From Eledone cirrhosa (lineage: Eukaryota), in assembly GCA_964016885.1 (NCBI GenBank), contig OZ024742.1:259904001-259968000 (forward strand): a stretch of 64,000 nucleotides of DNA. The letters run 5' to 3'. Positions within the stretch are counted from its first letter, which is position 1. Every line of letters starts with the position of its first letter. The notes below the pieces were generated by a model that saw only the letters and a list, made by a program, of their open reading frames with translations, did not search any database and was not told the DNA's origin. Of this stretch, positions 47,944-64,000 are shown in pieces. A program made the translations under genes and the position numbers.

Positions 47944-50900
47944 AACAACAACAGTGACAACAACAATTACAGCAACAGTAGCAACAACAATTACAGCAAC
48001 AGTAGTAACAACAATTACAGCAACAGTAGTAACAACAATTACAGCAACAGTAGCAACAACAATTACAGCAACAGTAGTAACAACAATTACAACAACAGTA
48101 GCAACAACAATTACAACAACAGTAGCAACAACAATTACAGCAACAGTAGCAACAACAATTACAGCAACAGTAGCAACAACAATTACAGCAACAGTAGTAA
48201 CAACAATTACAGCAACAGTAGCAACAACAATTACAGCAACAGTAGTAACAACAATTACAGCAACAGTAGCAACAACAATTACAACAACAGTAGCAACAAC
48301 AATTACAGCAACAGTAGCAACAACAATTACAGCAACAGTAGCAACAACAATTACAGCAACAGTAGCAACAACAATTACAGCAACAGTAGTAACAACAATT
48401 ACAACAACAGTAGCAACAACAATTACAGCAACAGTAGTAACAACAATTACAACAACAGTAGCAACAACAATTACAACAACAGTAGCAACAACAATTACAG
48501 CAACAGTAGCAACAACAATTACAGCAACAGTAGCAACAACAATTACAGCAACAGTAGTAACAACAATTACAGCAACAGTAGCAACAACAACAATTACAAC
48601 AACAGTAGCAACAACAATTACAGCAACAGTAGCAACAACAATTACAGCAACAGTAGCAACAACAATTACAGCAACAGTAGCAACAACAATTACAGCAACA
48701 GTAGCAACAACAATTACAACAACAGTAGCAACAACAATTACAGCAACAGTAGCAACAACAATTACAGCAACAGTAGCAACAACAATTACAGCAACAGTAG
48801 CAACAACAATTACAACAACAGTAGCAACAACAATTACAGCAACAGTAGCAACAACAATTACAGCAACAGTAGCAACAACAATTACAGCAACAGTAGCAAC
48901 AACAATTACAACAACAGTAGCAACAACAATTACAGCAACAGTAGCAACAACAATTACAGCAACAGTAGCAACAACAATTACAGCAACAGTAGTAACAACA
49001 ATTACAGCAACAGTAGCAACAACAACAATTACAACAACAGTAGCAACAACAATTACAGCAACAGTAGCAACAACAATTACAGCAACAGTAGCAACAACAA
49101 TTACAGCAACAGTAGCAACAACAATTACAGCAACAGTAGCAACAACAATTACAACAACAGTAGCAACAACAATTACAGCAACAGTAGCAACAACAATTAC
49201 AACAACAGTAGCAACAACAATTACAGCAACAGTAGCAACAACAATTACAGCAACAGTAGCAACAACAATTACAGCAACAGTAGTAACAACAATTACAGCA
49301 ACAGTAGTAACAACAATTACAACAACAGTAGTAACAACAATTACAGCAACAGTAGCAACAACAATTACAGCAACAGTAGCAACAACAATTACAGCAACAG
49401 TAGCAACAACAATTACAGCAACAGTAGTAACAACAATTACAACAACAGTAGCAACAACAATTACAGCAACAGTAGTAACAACAATTACAACAACAGTAGC
49501 AACAACAATTACAACAACAGTAGCAACAACAATTACAGCAACAGTAGCAACAACAATTACAGCAACAGTAGCAACAACAATTACAGCAACAGTAGTAACA
49601 ACAATTACAGCAACAGTAGCAACAACAATTACAACAACAGTAGCAACAACAATTACAGCAACAGTAGCAACAACAATTACAGCAACAGTAGTAACAACAA
49701 TTACAGCAACAGTAGTAACAACAATTACAGCAACAGTAGTAACAACAATTACAACAACAGTAGCAACAACAATTACAGCAACAGTAGCAACAACAATTAC
49801 AGCAACAGTAGCAACAACAATTACAGCAACAGTAGCAACAACAATTACAGCAACAGTAGCAACAACAATTACAGCAACAGTAGTAACAACAATTACAGCA
49901 ACAGTAGCAACAACAATTACAGCAACAGTAGTAACAACAATTACAACAACAGTAGCAACAACAATTACAGCAACAGTAGCAACAACAATTACAGCAACAG
50001 TAGCAACAACAATTACAGCAACAGTAGCAACAACAATTACAACAACAGTAGCAACAACAATTACAACAACAGTAGCAACAACAATTACAGCAACAGTAGC
50101 AACAACAATTACAGCAACAGTAGTAACAACAATTACAACAACAGTAGTAACAACAATTACAGCAACAGTAGCAACAACAATTACAACAACAGTAGCAACA
50201 ACAATTACAGCAACAGTAGCAACAACAATTACAGCAACAGAAGCAACAACAATTACAGCAACAGTAGTAACAACAATTACAGCAACAGTAGTAACAACAA
50301 TTACAGCAACAGTAGTAACAACAATTACAACAACAGTAGCAACAACAATTACAGCAACAGTAGCAACAACAATTACAGCAACAGTAGCAACAACAATTAC
50401 AGCAACAGTAGCAACAACAATTACAGCAACAGTAGCAACAACAATTACAGCAACAGTAGTAACAACAATTACAGCAACAGTAGCAACAACAATTACAGCA
50501 ACAGTAGTAACAACAATTACAACAACAGTAGCAACAACAATTACAGCAACAGTAGCAACAACAATTACAGCAACAGTAGCAACAACAATTACAGCAACAG
50601 TAGCAACAACAATTACAACAACAGTAGCAACAACAATTACAACAACAGTAGCAACAACAATTACAGCAACAGTAGCAACAACAATTACAGCAACAGTAGT
50701 AACAACAATTACAACAACAGTAGTAACAACAATTACAGCAACAGTAGCAACAACAATTACAGCAACAGTAGTAACAACAATTACAGCAACAGTAGCAACA
50801 ACAATTACAGCAACAGTAGTAACAACAATTACAGCAACAGTAGTAACAACAATTACAGCAACAGTAGCAACAACAATTACAACAACAGTAGCAACAACAA

Positions 50901-53900
50901 TTACAGCAACAGTAGCAACAACAATTACAGCAACAGTAGTAACAACAATTACAGCAACAGTAGCAACAACAATTACAGCAACAGTAGTAACAACAATTAC
51001 AGCAACAGTAGTAACAACAATTACAGCAACAGTAGCAACAACAATTACAGCAACAGTAGTAACAACAATTACAGCAGCAGTAGCAACAACAATTACAGCA
51101 ACAGTAGTAACAACAATTACAACAACAGTAGTAACAACAATTACAGCAACAGTAGCAACAACAATTACAGCATCAGTAGTAACAACAATTACAACAACAG
51201 TAGCAACAACAATTACAGCAACAGTAGCAACAACAATTACAGCAACAGTAGCAACAACAATTACAGCAACAGTAGTAACAACAATTACAGCAACAGTAGC
51301 AACAACAATTACAGCAACAGTAGTAACAACAATTACAGCAACAGTAGTAACAACAATTACAGCAACAGTAGCAACAACAATTACAGCAACAGTAGCAACA
51401 ACAATTACAGCAACAGTAGTAACAACAATTACAGCAACAGTAGTAACAACAATTACAACAACAGTAGTAACAACAATTACAGCAACAGTAGTAACAACAA
51501 TTACAACAACAGTAGTAACAACAATTACAGCAACAGTAGTAACAACAATTACAGCAACAGTAGCAACAACAATTACAGCAACAGTAGTAACAACAATTAC
51601 AGCAACAGTAGTAACAACAATTACAGCAACAGTAGCAACAACAATTACAGCAACAGTAGTAACAACAATTACAGCAACAGTAGTAACAACAATTACAGCA
51701 ACAGTAGCAACAACAATTACAGCAACAGTAGTAACAACAATTACAGCAACAGTAGCAACAACAATTACAGCAACAGTAGTAACAACAATTACAGCAACAG
51801 TAGCAACAACAATTACAACAACAGTAGTAACAACAATTACAGCAACAGTAGTAACAACAATTACAGCAACAGTAGCAACAACAATTACAGCATCAGTAGT
51901 AACAACAATTACAGCAACAGTAGCAACAACAATTACAGCAACAGTAGCAACAACAATTACAGCAACAGTAGCAACAACAATTACAGCAACAGTAGCAACA
52001 ACAATTACAGCAACAGTAGTAACAACAATTACAGCAACAGTAGCAACAACAATTACAGCAACAGTAGTAACAACAATTACAGCAACAGTAGCAACAACAA
52101 TTACAGCAACAGTAGTAACAACAATTACAGCAACAGTAGCAACAACAATTACAACAACAGTAGTAACAACAATTACAGCAACAGTAGTAACAACAATTAC
52201 AGCAACAGTAGCAACAACAATTACAGCATCAGTAGTAACAACAATTACAGCAACAGTAGCAACAACAATTACAGCAACAGTAGCAACAACAATTACAGCA
52301 ACAGTAGCAACAACAATTACAGCAACAGTAGTAACAACAATTACAGCAACAGTAGCAACAACAATTACAGCAACAGTAGCAACAACAATTACAGCAACAG
52401 TAGCAACAACAATTACAGCAACAGTAGCAACAACAATTACAGCAACAGTAGTAACAACAATTACAGCAACAGTAGCAACAACAATTACAGCAACAGTAGT
52501 AACAACAATTACAGCAACAGTAGTAACAACAATTACAGCAACAGTAGTAACAACAATTACAGCAACAGTAGTAACAACAATTACAGCAACAGTAGCAACA
52601 ACAATTACAGCAACAGTAGCAACAACAATTACAGCAACAGTAGCAACAACAATTACAGCAACAGTAGCAACAACAATTACAGCAACAGTAGTAACAACAA
52701 TTACAGCAACAGTAGTAACAACAATTACAGCAACAGTAGCAACAACAATTACAGCAACAGTAGCAACAACAATTACAGCAACAGTAGTAACAACAATTAC
52801 AACAACAGTAGCAACAACAATTACAGCAACAGTAGCAACAACAATTACAGCAACAGTAGTAACAACAATTACAGCAACAGTAGTAACAACAATTACAGCA
52901 ACAGTAGCAACAACAATTACAGCAACAGTAGTAACAACAATTACAGCAACAGTAGCAACAACAATTACAACAACAGTAGCAACAACAACAATTACAGCAA
53001 CAGTAGCAACAACAATTACAGCAACAGTAGCAACAACAATTAGAGCAACAGTAGCAACAACAGTTACAGCAACAGTAGCAACAACAATTACAGCAACAGT
53101 AGTAACAACAATTACATCAACAGTAGCAACAACAATTACAGCAACAGTAGTAACAACAATTACAGCAACAGTAGTAACAACAATTACAGCAACAGTAGCA
53201 ACAACAATTACAGCAACAGTAGTAACAACAATTACAGCAACAGTAGCAACAACAATTACAACAACAGTAGCAACAACAACAATTACAGCAACAGTAGCAA
53301 CAACAATTACAGCAACAGTAGCAACAACAATTACAGCAACAGTAGCAACAACAGTTACAGCAACAGTAGCAACAACAATTACAGCAACAGTAGTAACAAC
53401 AATTACATCAACAGTAGCAACAACAATTACAGCAACAGTAGTAACAACAATTACAGCAACAGTAGTAACAACAATTACAGCAACAGTAGCAACAACAATT
53501 ACAGCAACAGTAGCAACAACAATTACAGCAACAGTAGTAACAACAATTACAACAACAGTAGCAACAACAATTACAGCAACAGTAGCAACAACAATTACAG
53601 CAACAGTAGTAACAACAATTACAGCAACAGTAGTAACAACAATTACAGCAACAGTAGCAACAACAATTACAGCAACAGTAGTAACAACAATTACAGCAAC
53701 AGTAGCAACAACAATTACAACAACAGTAGCAACAACAACAATTACAGCAACAGTAGCAACAACAATTACAGCAACAGTAGCAACAACAATTACAGCAACA
53801 GTAGCAACAACAGTTACAGCAACAGTAGCAACAACAATTACAGCAACAGTAGTAACAACAATTACATCAACAGTAGCAACAACAATTACAGCAACAGTAG

Positions 53901-56900
53901 TAACAACAATTACAGCAACAGTAGCAACAACAATTACAGCAACAGTAGCAACAACAATTACAGCAACAGTAGCAACAACAATTACAGCAACAGTAGTAAC
54001 AACAATTACAGCAACAGTAGCAACAACAATTACAGCAACAGTAGCAACAACAATTACAGCAACAGTAGCAACAAAAATTACAGCAACAGTAGTAACAACG
54101 ATTACAGCAACAGTAGCAACAACAATTACAACAACAGTAGCAACAAGAACAATTACAGCAACAGTAGCAACAACAATTACAGCAACAGTAGTAACAACAA
54201 TTACAGCAACAGTAGTAACAACAATTACAGCAACAGTAGTAACAACAATTACAGCAACAGTAGTAACAACAATTACAACAACAGTAGTAACAACAATTAC
54301 AGCAACAGTAGCAACAACAATTACAGCAACAGTAGCAACAACAATTACAGCAACAGTAGCAACAACAATTACAGCAACAGTAGTAACAACAATTACAGCA
54401 ACAGTAGTAACAACAATTACAGCAACAGTAGCAACAACAATTACAGCAACAGTAGCAACAACAATTACAGCAACAGTAGTAACAACAATTACAGCAACAG
54501 TAGCAACAACAATTACAGCAATATTAGCAACAACAATTACAGCAACAGTAGCAACAACAATTACAGCAACAGTAGCAACAACAATTACAGCAACAGTAGC
54601 AACAACAATTACAGCAACAGTAGTAACAACAATTACAGCAACAGTAGCAACAACAATTACAGCAACAGTAGCAAAAACAATTACAGCAACAGTAGCAACA
54701 ACAATTACAGCAACAATAGTAACAACAATTACAGCAACAGTAGCAACAACAACTACAGCAACAGTAGTAACAACAATTACAACAACAGTAGCAACAACAA
54801 TTACAGCAACAGCAGCAACAACAATTACAGCAACAGTAGCAACAACAATTACAGCAACAGTAGCAATAACAATTACAACAAAAGTAGTAACAACAATTAC
54901 AGCAACAGTAGCAACAACAATTACAGCAACAGTAGCAACAACAATTACAGCAACAGTAGTAACAACAATTACAGCAACAGTAGCAACAACAATTACAGCA
55001 ACAGTAGTAACAACAATTACAGCAACAGTAGTAACAACAATTACAGCAACAGTAGTAACAACAATTACAACAACAGTAGCAACAACAATTACAACAACAG
55101 TAGCAACAACAATTACAGCAACAGTAGCAACAACAATTACAGCAACAGTAGCAACAACAATTACAGCAACAGTAGTAACAACAATTACAACAACAGTAGT
55201 AACAACAATTACAGCAACAGTAGTAACAACAATTACAACAACAGTAGCAACAACAACAATTACAGCAACAGTAGTAACAACAATTACAGCAACAGTAGCA
55301 ACAACAATTACAGCAACAGTAGCAACAACAATTACAGCAACAGTAGCAACAACAATTACAGCAACAGTAGTAACAACAATTACAGCAACAGTAGCAACAA
55401 CAATTACAGCAACAGTAGCAACAACAATTACAGCAACAGTAGTAACAACAATTACAGCAACAGTAGTAACAACAATTACAGCAACAGTAGTAACAACAAT
55501 TACAGCAACAGTAGTAACAACAATTACAACAACAGTAGCAACAACAATTACAGCAACAGTAGTAACAACAATTACAGCAACAGTGACAACAACAATTACA
55601 GCAACAGTAGCAACAACAATTACAGCAACAGTAGCAACAACAATTACAGCAACAGTAGTAACAACAATTACAGCAACAGTAGCAACAACAATTACAGCAA
55701 CAGTAGCAACAACAATTACAGCAACAGTAGTAACAACAATTACAGCAACAGTAGCAACAACAATTACAGCAACAGTAGTAACAACAATTACAGCAACAGT
55801 AGTAACAACAATTACAGCAACAGTAGTAACAACAATTACAGCAACAGTAGTAACAACAATTACAGCAACAGTAGTAACAACAATTACAGCAACAGTAGTA
55901 ACAACAATTACAGCAACAGTAGCAACAACAATTACAGCAACAGTAGCAACAACAATTACAGCAACAGTAGCAACAACAATTACAGCAACAGTAGTAACAA
56001 CAATTACAGCAACAGTAGTAACAACAATTACAGCAACAGTAGCAACAACAATTACAGCAACAGTAGTAACAACAATTACAGCAACAGTAGCAACAACAAT
56101 TACAGCAACAGTAGTAACAACAATTACAGCAACAGTAGTAACAACAATTACAGCAACAGTAGTAACAACAATTACAGCAACAGTAGCAACAACAATTACA
56201 GCAACAGTAGCAACAACAATTACAGCAACAGTAGTAACAACAATTACAACAACAGTAGTAACAACAATTACAGCAACAGTAGTAACAACAATTACAACAA
56301 CAGTAGCAACAACAACAATTACAGCAACAGTAGTAACAACAATTACAGCAACAGTAGCAACAACAATTACAGCAACAGTAGCAACAACAATTACAGCAAC
56401 AGTAGTAACAACAATTACAACAACAGTAGTAACAACAATTACAGCAACAGTAGTAACAACAATTACAACAACAGTAGCAACAACAACAATTACAGCAACA
56501 GTAGCAACAACAATTACAGCAACAGTAGTAACAACAATTACAGCAACAGTAGTAACAACAATTACAGCAACAGTAGTAACAACAATTACAACAACAGTAG
56601 CAACAACAATTACAGCAACAGTAGCAACAACAATTACAGCAACAGTAGCAACAACAATTACAGCAACAGTAGTAACAACAATTACAACAACAGTAGTAAC
56701 AACAATTACAGCAACAGTAGTAACAACAATTACAACAACAGTAGCAACAACAACAATTACAGCAACAGTAGTAACAACAATTACAGCAACAGTAGCAACA
56801 ACAATTACAGCAACAGTAGCAACAACAATTACAGCAACAGTAGCAACAACAATTACAGCAACAGTAGTAACAACAATTACAGCAACAGTAGCAACAACAA

Positions 56901-59900
56901 TTACAGCAACAGTAGCAACAACAATTACAGCAACAGTAGTAACAACAATTACAGCAACAGTAGTAACAACAATTACAGCAACAGTAGTAACAACAATTAC
57001 AGCAACAGTAGTAACAACAATTACAACAACAGTAGCAACAACAATTACAGCAACAGTAGTAACAACAATTACAGCAACAGTGACAACAACAATTACAGCA
57101 ACAGTAGCAACAACAATTACAGCAACAGTAGCAACAACAATTACAGCAACAGTAGTAACAACAATTACAGCAACAGTAGCAACAACAATTACAGCAACAG
57201 TAGCAACAACAATTACAGCAACAGTAGTAACAAGAATTACAGCAACAGTAGCAACAACAATTACAGCAACAGTAGTAACAACAATTACAGCAACAGTAGT
57301 AACAACAATTACAGCAACAGTAGTAACAACAATTACAGCAACAGTAGTAACAACAATTACAGCAACAGTAGTAACAACAATTACAGCAACAGTAGTAACA
57401 ACAATTACAGCAACAGTAGTAACAACAATTACAGCAACAGTAGCAACAACAATTACAGCAACAGTAGCAACAACAATTACAGCAACAGTAGCAACAACAA
57501 TTACAGCAACAGTAGTAACAACAATTACAGCAACAGTAGTAACAACAATTACAGCAACAGTAGCAACAACAATTACAGCAACAGTAGTAACAACAATTAC
57601 AGCAACAGTAGCAACAACAATTACAGCAACAGTAGTAACAACAATTACAGCAACAGTAGTAACAACAATTACAGCAACAGTAGTAACAACAATTACAGCA
57701 ACAGTAGCAACAACAATTACAGCAACAGTAGCAACAACAATTACAGCAACAGTAGTAACAACAATTACAACAACAGTAGTAACAACAATTACAGCAACAG
57801 TAGTAACAACAATTACAACAACAGTAGCAACAACAACAATTACAGCAACAGTAGTAACAACAATTACAGCAACAGTAGCAACAACAATTACAGCAACAGT
57901 AGCAACAACAATTACAGCAACAGTAGCAACAACAATTACAGCAACAGTAGCAACAACAATTACAGCAACAGTAGTAACAACAATTACAGCAACAGTAGCA
58001 ACAACAATTACAGCAACAGTAGTAACAACAATTACAGCAACAGTAGTAACAACAATTACAGCAACAGTAGTAACAACAATTACAGCAACAGTAGCAACAA
58101 CAATTACAGCAACAGTAGCAACAACAATTACAGCAACAGTAGCAACAACAATTACAGCAACAGTAGTAACAACAATTACAGCAACAGTAGCAACAACAAT
58201 TACAGCAACAGTAGTAACAACAATTACAGCAACAGTAGCAACAACAATTACAGCAACAGTAGCAACAACAATTACAGCAACAGTAGTAACAACAATTACA
58301 GCAGCAGTAGTAACAACAATTACAGCAACAGTAGCAACAACAATTACAGCAACAGTAGTAACAACAATTACAGCAACAGTAGCAACAACAATTACAGCAA
58401 CAGTAGCAACAACAATTACAGCAACAGTAGTAACAACAATTACAGCAGCAGTAGTAAAAACAATTACAGCAACAGTAGCAACAACAATTACAGCAACAGT
58501 AGCAACAACAATTACAGCAACAGTAGCAACAACAATAACAGCAACAGTAGTAACAACAATTACAGCAACAGTAGTAACAACAATTACAGCAACAGTAGTA
58601 ACAACAATTACAGCAACAGTAGCAACAACAATTACAACAACAGTAGCAACAACAATTACAGCAACAGTAGTAACAACAATTACAGCAACAGTAGTAACAA
58701 CAATTACAGCAACAGTAGTAACAACAATTACAGCAACAGTAGCAACAACAATTACAGCAACAGTAGCAACAACAATTACAGCAACAGTAGCAACAACAAT
58801 TACAGCAACAGTAGTAACAACAATTACAGCAACAGTAGTAACAACAATTACAGCAACAGTAGTAACAACAATTACAGCAACAGTAGCAACAACAATTACA
58901 GCAACAGTAGTAACAACAATTACAGCAACAGTAGTAACAACAATTACAGCAACAGTAGTAACAACAATTACAGCAACAGTAGTAACAACAATTACAGCAA
59001 CAGTAGTAACAACAATTACAGCAACAGTAGCAACAACAATTACAGCAACAGTAGCAACAACAATTACAGCAACAGTAGCAACAACAATTACAGCAACAGT
59101 AGTAACAACAATTACAGCAACAGTAGTAACAACAATTACAGCAACAGTAGTAACAACAATTACAGCAACAGTAGTAACAACAACAATTACAGCAACAGTA
59201 GCAACAACAATTACAGCAACAGTAGCAACAACAATTACAGCAACAGTAGTAACAACAATTACAGCAACAGTAGTAACAACAATTACAGCAACAGTAGCAG
59301 CAACAACAATTACAGCAACAGTAGTAACAACAATTACAGCAACAGTAGCAACAACAATTACAGCAACAGTAGTAACAACAATTACAGCAACAGTAGTAAC
59401 AACAATTACAGCAACAGTAGCAACAACAATTACAGCAACAGTAGCAACAACAATTACAGCAACAGTAGTAACAACAATTACAGCAACAGTAGCAGCAACA
59501 ACAATTACAGCAACAGTAGTAACAACAATTACAGCAACAGTAGCAGCAACAACAATTACAGCAACAGTAGTAACAACAATTACAGCAACAGTAGCAACAA
59601 CAATTACAGCAACAGTAGTAACAACAATTACAGCAACAGTAGTAACAACAATTACAGCAACAGTAGCAACAACAATTACAGCAACAGTAGCAACAACAAT
59701 TACAGCAACAGTAGTAACAACAATTACAACAACAGTAGTAACAACAATTACAGCAACAGTAGTAACAACAATTACAACAACAGTAGCAACAACAACAATT
59801 ACAGCAACAGTAGCAACAACAATTACAGCAACAGTAGTAACAACAATTACAGCAACAGTAGTAACAACAATTACAGCAACAGTAGTAACAACAATTACAA

Positions 59901-62900
59901 CAACAGTAGCAACAACAATTACAGCAACAGTAGCAACAACAATTACAGCAACAGTAGCAACAACAATTACAGCAACAGTAGTAACAACAATTACAACAAC
60001 AGTAGTAACAACAATTACAGCAACAGTAGTAACAACAATTACAACAACAGTAGCAACAACAACAATTACAGCAACAGTAGTAACAACAATTACAGCAACA
60101 GTAGCAACAACAATTACAGCAACAGTAGCAACAACAATTACAGCAACAGTAGCAACAACAATTACAGCAACAGTAGTAACAACAATTACAGTAACAGTAG
60201 CAACAACAATTACAGCAACAGTAGCAACAACAATTACAGCAACAGTAGTAACAACAATTACAGCAACAGTAGTAACAACAATTACAGCAACAGTAGTAAC
60301 AACAATTACAGCAACAGTAGTAACAACAATTACAACAACAGTAGCAACAACAATTACAGCAACAGTAGTAACAACAATTACAGCAACAGTGACAACAACA
60401 ATTACAGCAACAGTAGCAACAACAATTACAGCAACAGTAGCAACAACAATTACAGCAACAGTAGTAACAACAATTACAGCAACAGTAGCAACAACAATTA
60501 CAGCAACAGTAGCAACAACAATTACAGCAACAGTAGTAACAAGAATTACAGCAACAGTAGCAACAACAATTACAGCAACAGTAGTAACAACAATTACAGC
60601 AACAGTAGTAACAACAATTACAGCAACAGTAGCAACAACAATTACAGCAACAGTAGCAACAACAATTACAGCAACAGTAGTAACAACAATTACAGCAACA
60701 GTAGTAACAACAATTACAGCAACAGTAGTAACAACAATTACAGCAACAGTAGTAACAACAATTACAGCAACAGTAGTAACAACAATTACAGCAACAGTAG
60801 CAACAACAATTACAGCAACAGTAGCAACAACAATTACAGCAACAGTAGCAACAACAATTACAGCAACAGTAGTAACAACAATTACAGCAACAGTAGTAAC
60901 AACAATTACAGCAACAGTAGCAACAACAATTACAGCAACAGTAGTAACAACAATTACAGCAACAGTAGCAACAACAATTACAGCAACAGTAGTAACAACA
61001 ATTACAGCAACAGTAGTAACAACAATTACAGCAACAGTAGTAACAACAATTACAGCAACAGTAGCAACAACAATTACAGCAACAGTAGCAACAACAATTA
61101 CAGCAACAGTAGTAACAACAATTACAACAACAGTAGTAACAACAATTACAGCAACAGTAGTAACAACAATTACAACAACAGTAGCAACAACAACAATTAC
61201 AGCAACAGTAGTAACAACAATTACAGCAACAGTAGCAACAACAATTACAGCAACAGTAGCAACAACAATTACAGCAACAGTAGCAACAACAATTACAGCA
61301 ACAGTAGCAACAACAATTACAGCAACAGTAGTAACAACAATTACAGCAACAGTAGCAGCAACAATTACAGCAACAGTAGTAACAACAATTACAGCAACAG
61401 TAGTAACAACAATTACAGCACAGTAGTAACAACAATTACAGCAACAGTAGCAACAACAATTACAGCAACAGTAGCAACAACAATTACAGCAACAGTAGCA
61501 ACAACAATTACAGCAACAGTAGTAACAACAATTACAGCAACAGTAGTAACAACAATTACAGCAACAGTAGTAACAACAATTACAGCAGCAGTAGTAACAA
61601 CAATTACAGCAACAGTAGCAACAACAATTACAGCAACAGTAGCAACAACAATTACAGCAACAGTAGCAACAACAATAACAGCAACAGTAGTAACAACAAT
61701 TACAGCAACAGTAGTAACAACAATTACAGCAACAGTAGTAACAACAATTACAGCAACAGTAGCAACAACAATTACAACAACAGTAGCAACAACAATTACA
61801 GCAACAGTAGTAACAACAATTACAGCAACAGTAGTAACAACAATTACAGCAACAGTAGTAACAACAATTACAGCAACAGTAGCAACAACAATTACAGCAA
61901 CAGTAGCAACAACAATTACAGCAACAGTAGCAACAACAATTACAGCAACAGTAGTAACAACAATTACAGCAACAGTAGTAACAACAATTACAGCAACAGT
62001 AGTAACAACAATTACAGCAACAGTAGCAACAACAATTACAGCAACAGTAGTAACAACAATTACAGCAACAGTAGTAACAACAATTACAGCAACAGTAGTA
62101 ACAACAATTACAGCAACAGTAGTAACAACAATTACAGCAACAGTAGTAACAACAATTACAGCAACAGTAGCAACAACAATTACAGCAACAGTAGCAACAA
62201 CAATTACAGCAACAGTAGCAACAACAATTACAGCAACAGTAGTAACAACAATTACAGCAACAGTAGTAACAACAATTACAGCAACAGTAGTAACAACAAT
62301 TACAGCAACAGTAGTAACAACAACAATTACAGCAACAGTAGCAACAACAATTACAGCAACAGTAGCAACAACAATTACAGCAACAGTAGTAACAACAATT
62401 ACAGCAACAGTAGTAACAACAATTACAGCAACAGTAGCAGCAACAACAATTACAGCAACAGTAGTAACAACAATTACAGCAACAGTAGCAACAACAATTA
62501 CAGCAACAGTAACAACAACAATTACAACAACAGTAGCAACAACAATTACAGCAACAGTAGCAACAACAATTACAGCAATAGTGACAACAACAATTACAGC
62601 AACAGTATTAACAACAATTACAGCAACAGTAGCAACAACAATTACAGCAACAGTAGCAGCAACAATTACAGCAACAGTAGCAACAACAATTACAGCAACA
62701 GTAGCAACAACAATTACAGCAACAGTAGCAACAACAATTACAGCAACAGTAGGAACAACAATTACAGCAACAGTAGTAACAACAATCACAGCAACAGTAG
62801 CAACAACAATTACAACAGAAGTGACAACAACAATTACAGCAACAGTAGCAACAACAATTACAGCAACAGTAGCAACAACAATTACAGCAACAGTAGCAAC

Positions 62901-64000
62901 AACAATTACAGCAACAGTAGCAACAACAATTACAGCAACAGTAGCAACAACAATTACAGCAACAGTAGCAACAACAATTACAGCAACAGTAGCAACAACA
63001 ATTACAACAACAGTAGCAACAACAACAATTACAACAACAGTGGCAACAACAATTACAGCAATAGTAGCAACAACAACAATTACAACAACAGTAGTAACAA
63101 CAATTACAGCAACAGTAGTAACAACAATTACAGCAACAGTAACAACAACAATTACAGCAACAGTAGCAACAACAATTACAGCAACAGTAGCAACAACAAC
63201 AATTACAACAACAGTAGAAACAACAATTACAGCAACAGTAGCAACAACAACAATTACAACAACAGTAGTAACAACAATTACAACAACAGTAGCAACAACA
63301 ATTACAGCAACAGTAGCAACAACAATTACAGCAACAGTAGCAACAACAATTACAGCAACAGTAGTAACAACAATTACAGCAACAGTAGCAACAACAATTA
63401 CAGCAACAGTAGTAACAACAATTACAACAACAGTAGTAACAACAATTACAACAACAGTAGTAACAACAATTACAGCAACAGTAGTAACAACAATTACAGC
63501 AACAGTAGCAACAACAATTACAGCAACAGTAGCAACAACAATTACAGCAACAGTAGCAACAACAATTACAGCAACAGTAGCAACAACAATTACAACAACA
63601 GTAGCAACAACAACAATTACAGCAACAGTAGCAACAACAATTACAGCAACAGTAGCAACAACAATTACAGCAACAGTAGCAACAACAATTACAGCAACAG
63701 TAGCAACAACAATTACAGCAACAGTAGCAACAACAATTATAGCAACAGTAGTAACAACAATTACAGCAACAGTAGTAACAACAATTACAGCAACAGTAGC
63801 AACAACAATTACAGCAACAGTAGCAACAACAATTACAGCAACAATAGCAACAACATTACAACAACAGTAGCAACAACAATTACAGCAACAGTAGTAACAA
63901 CAATTACAGCAACAGTAGCAACAACAATTACAGCAACAGTAGTAACAACAATTACAACAACAGTAGCAACAACAATTACAGCAACAGTAGTAACAACAAT
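47944..64000. repeat. 24-bp AAC-derived satellite, about 670 copies, runs off the window
   Basis: Unit AACAACAATTAC A(G/A)C AACAGT AG(C/T), with occasional extra AAC. Confidence 0.98.

Noticed and set aside
47857-63870. Giant ORFs (1728 aa Asn/Ser, 4510 aa Thr, 2303 aa Cys, 458 aa, 429 aa) as genes
   Set aside because: Several frames on both strands are open because of the repeat's composition; no domains or signal peptide

Overview
AT-rich, gene-poor eukaryotic DNA, about 45% large tandem arrays. The SINE, LINE and microsatellite content resembles a coleoid cephalopod (Octopus-like) genome; this is an inference. No host gene can be called with confidence. Three large satellites are present: 61-bp (6.3-9.6 kb), 69-bp made of 3x23 bp (32.0-40.5 kb) and 24-bp AAC-derived (47.9 kb to window end). 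Three 5'-truncated R4/Dong-type RLE retrotransposons separated by (TAA)n are nested in a Tc1/mariner remnant that itself splits a SINE (13.2-17.2 kb). A (TATG)n hotspot (41.0-44.3 kb) holds a young RTE LINE with three C-terminal C2H2 fingers, an RLE-like 3' fragment and a bipartite non-autonomous RTE derivative. Also present are Tx1-like, Expander-like and CR1/L2-like LINE relics, a Helitron, hAT MITEs and many tRNA-derived SINEs with TSDs. The most notable non-obvious features are type I hammerhead ribozyme folds in (TA)n-flanked Penelope-like remnants (502-572 minus, 3931-3981 plus, plus decayed copies). A few phase-compatible candidate minus-strand exons are noted at low confidence. The very long ORFs in the track are repeat artefacts.
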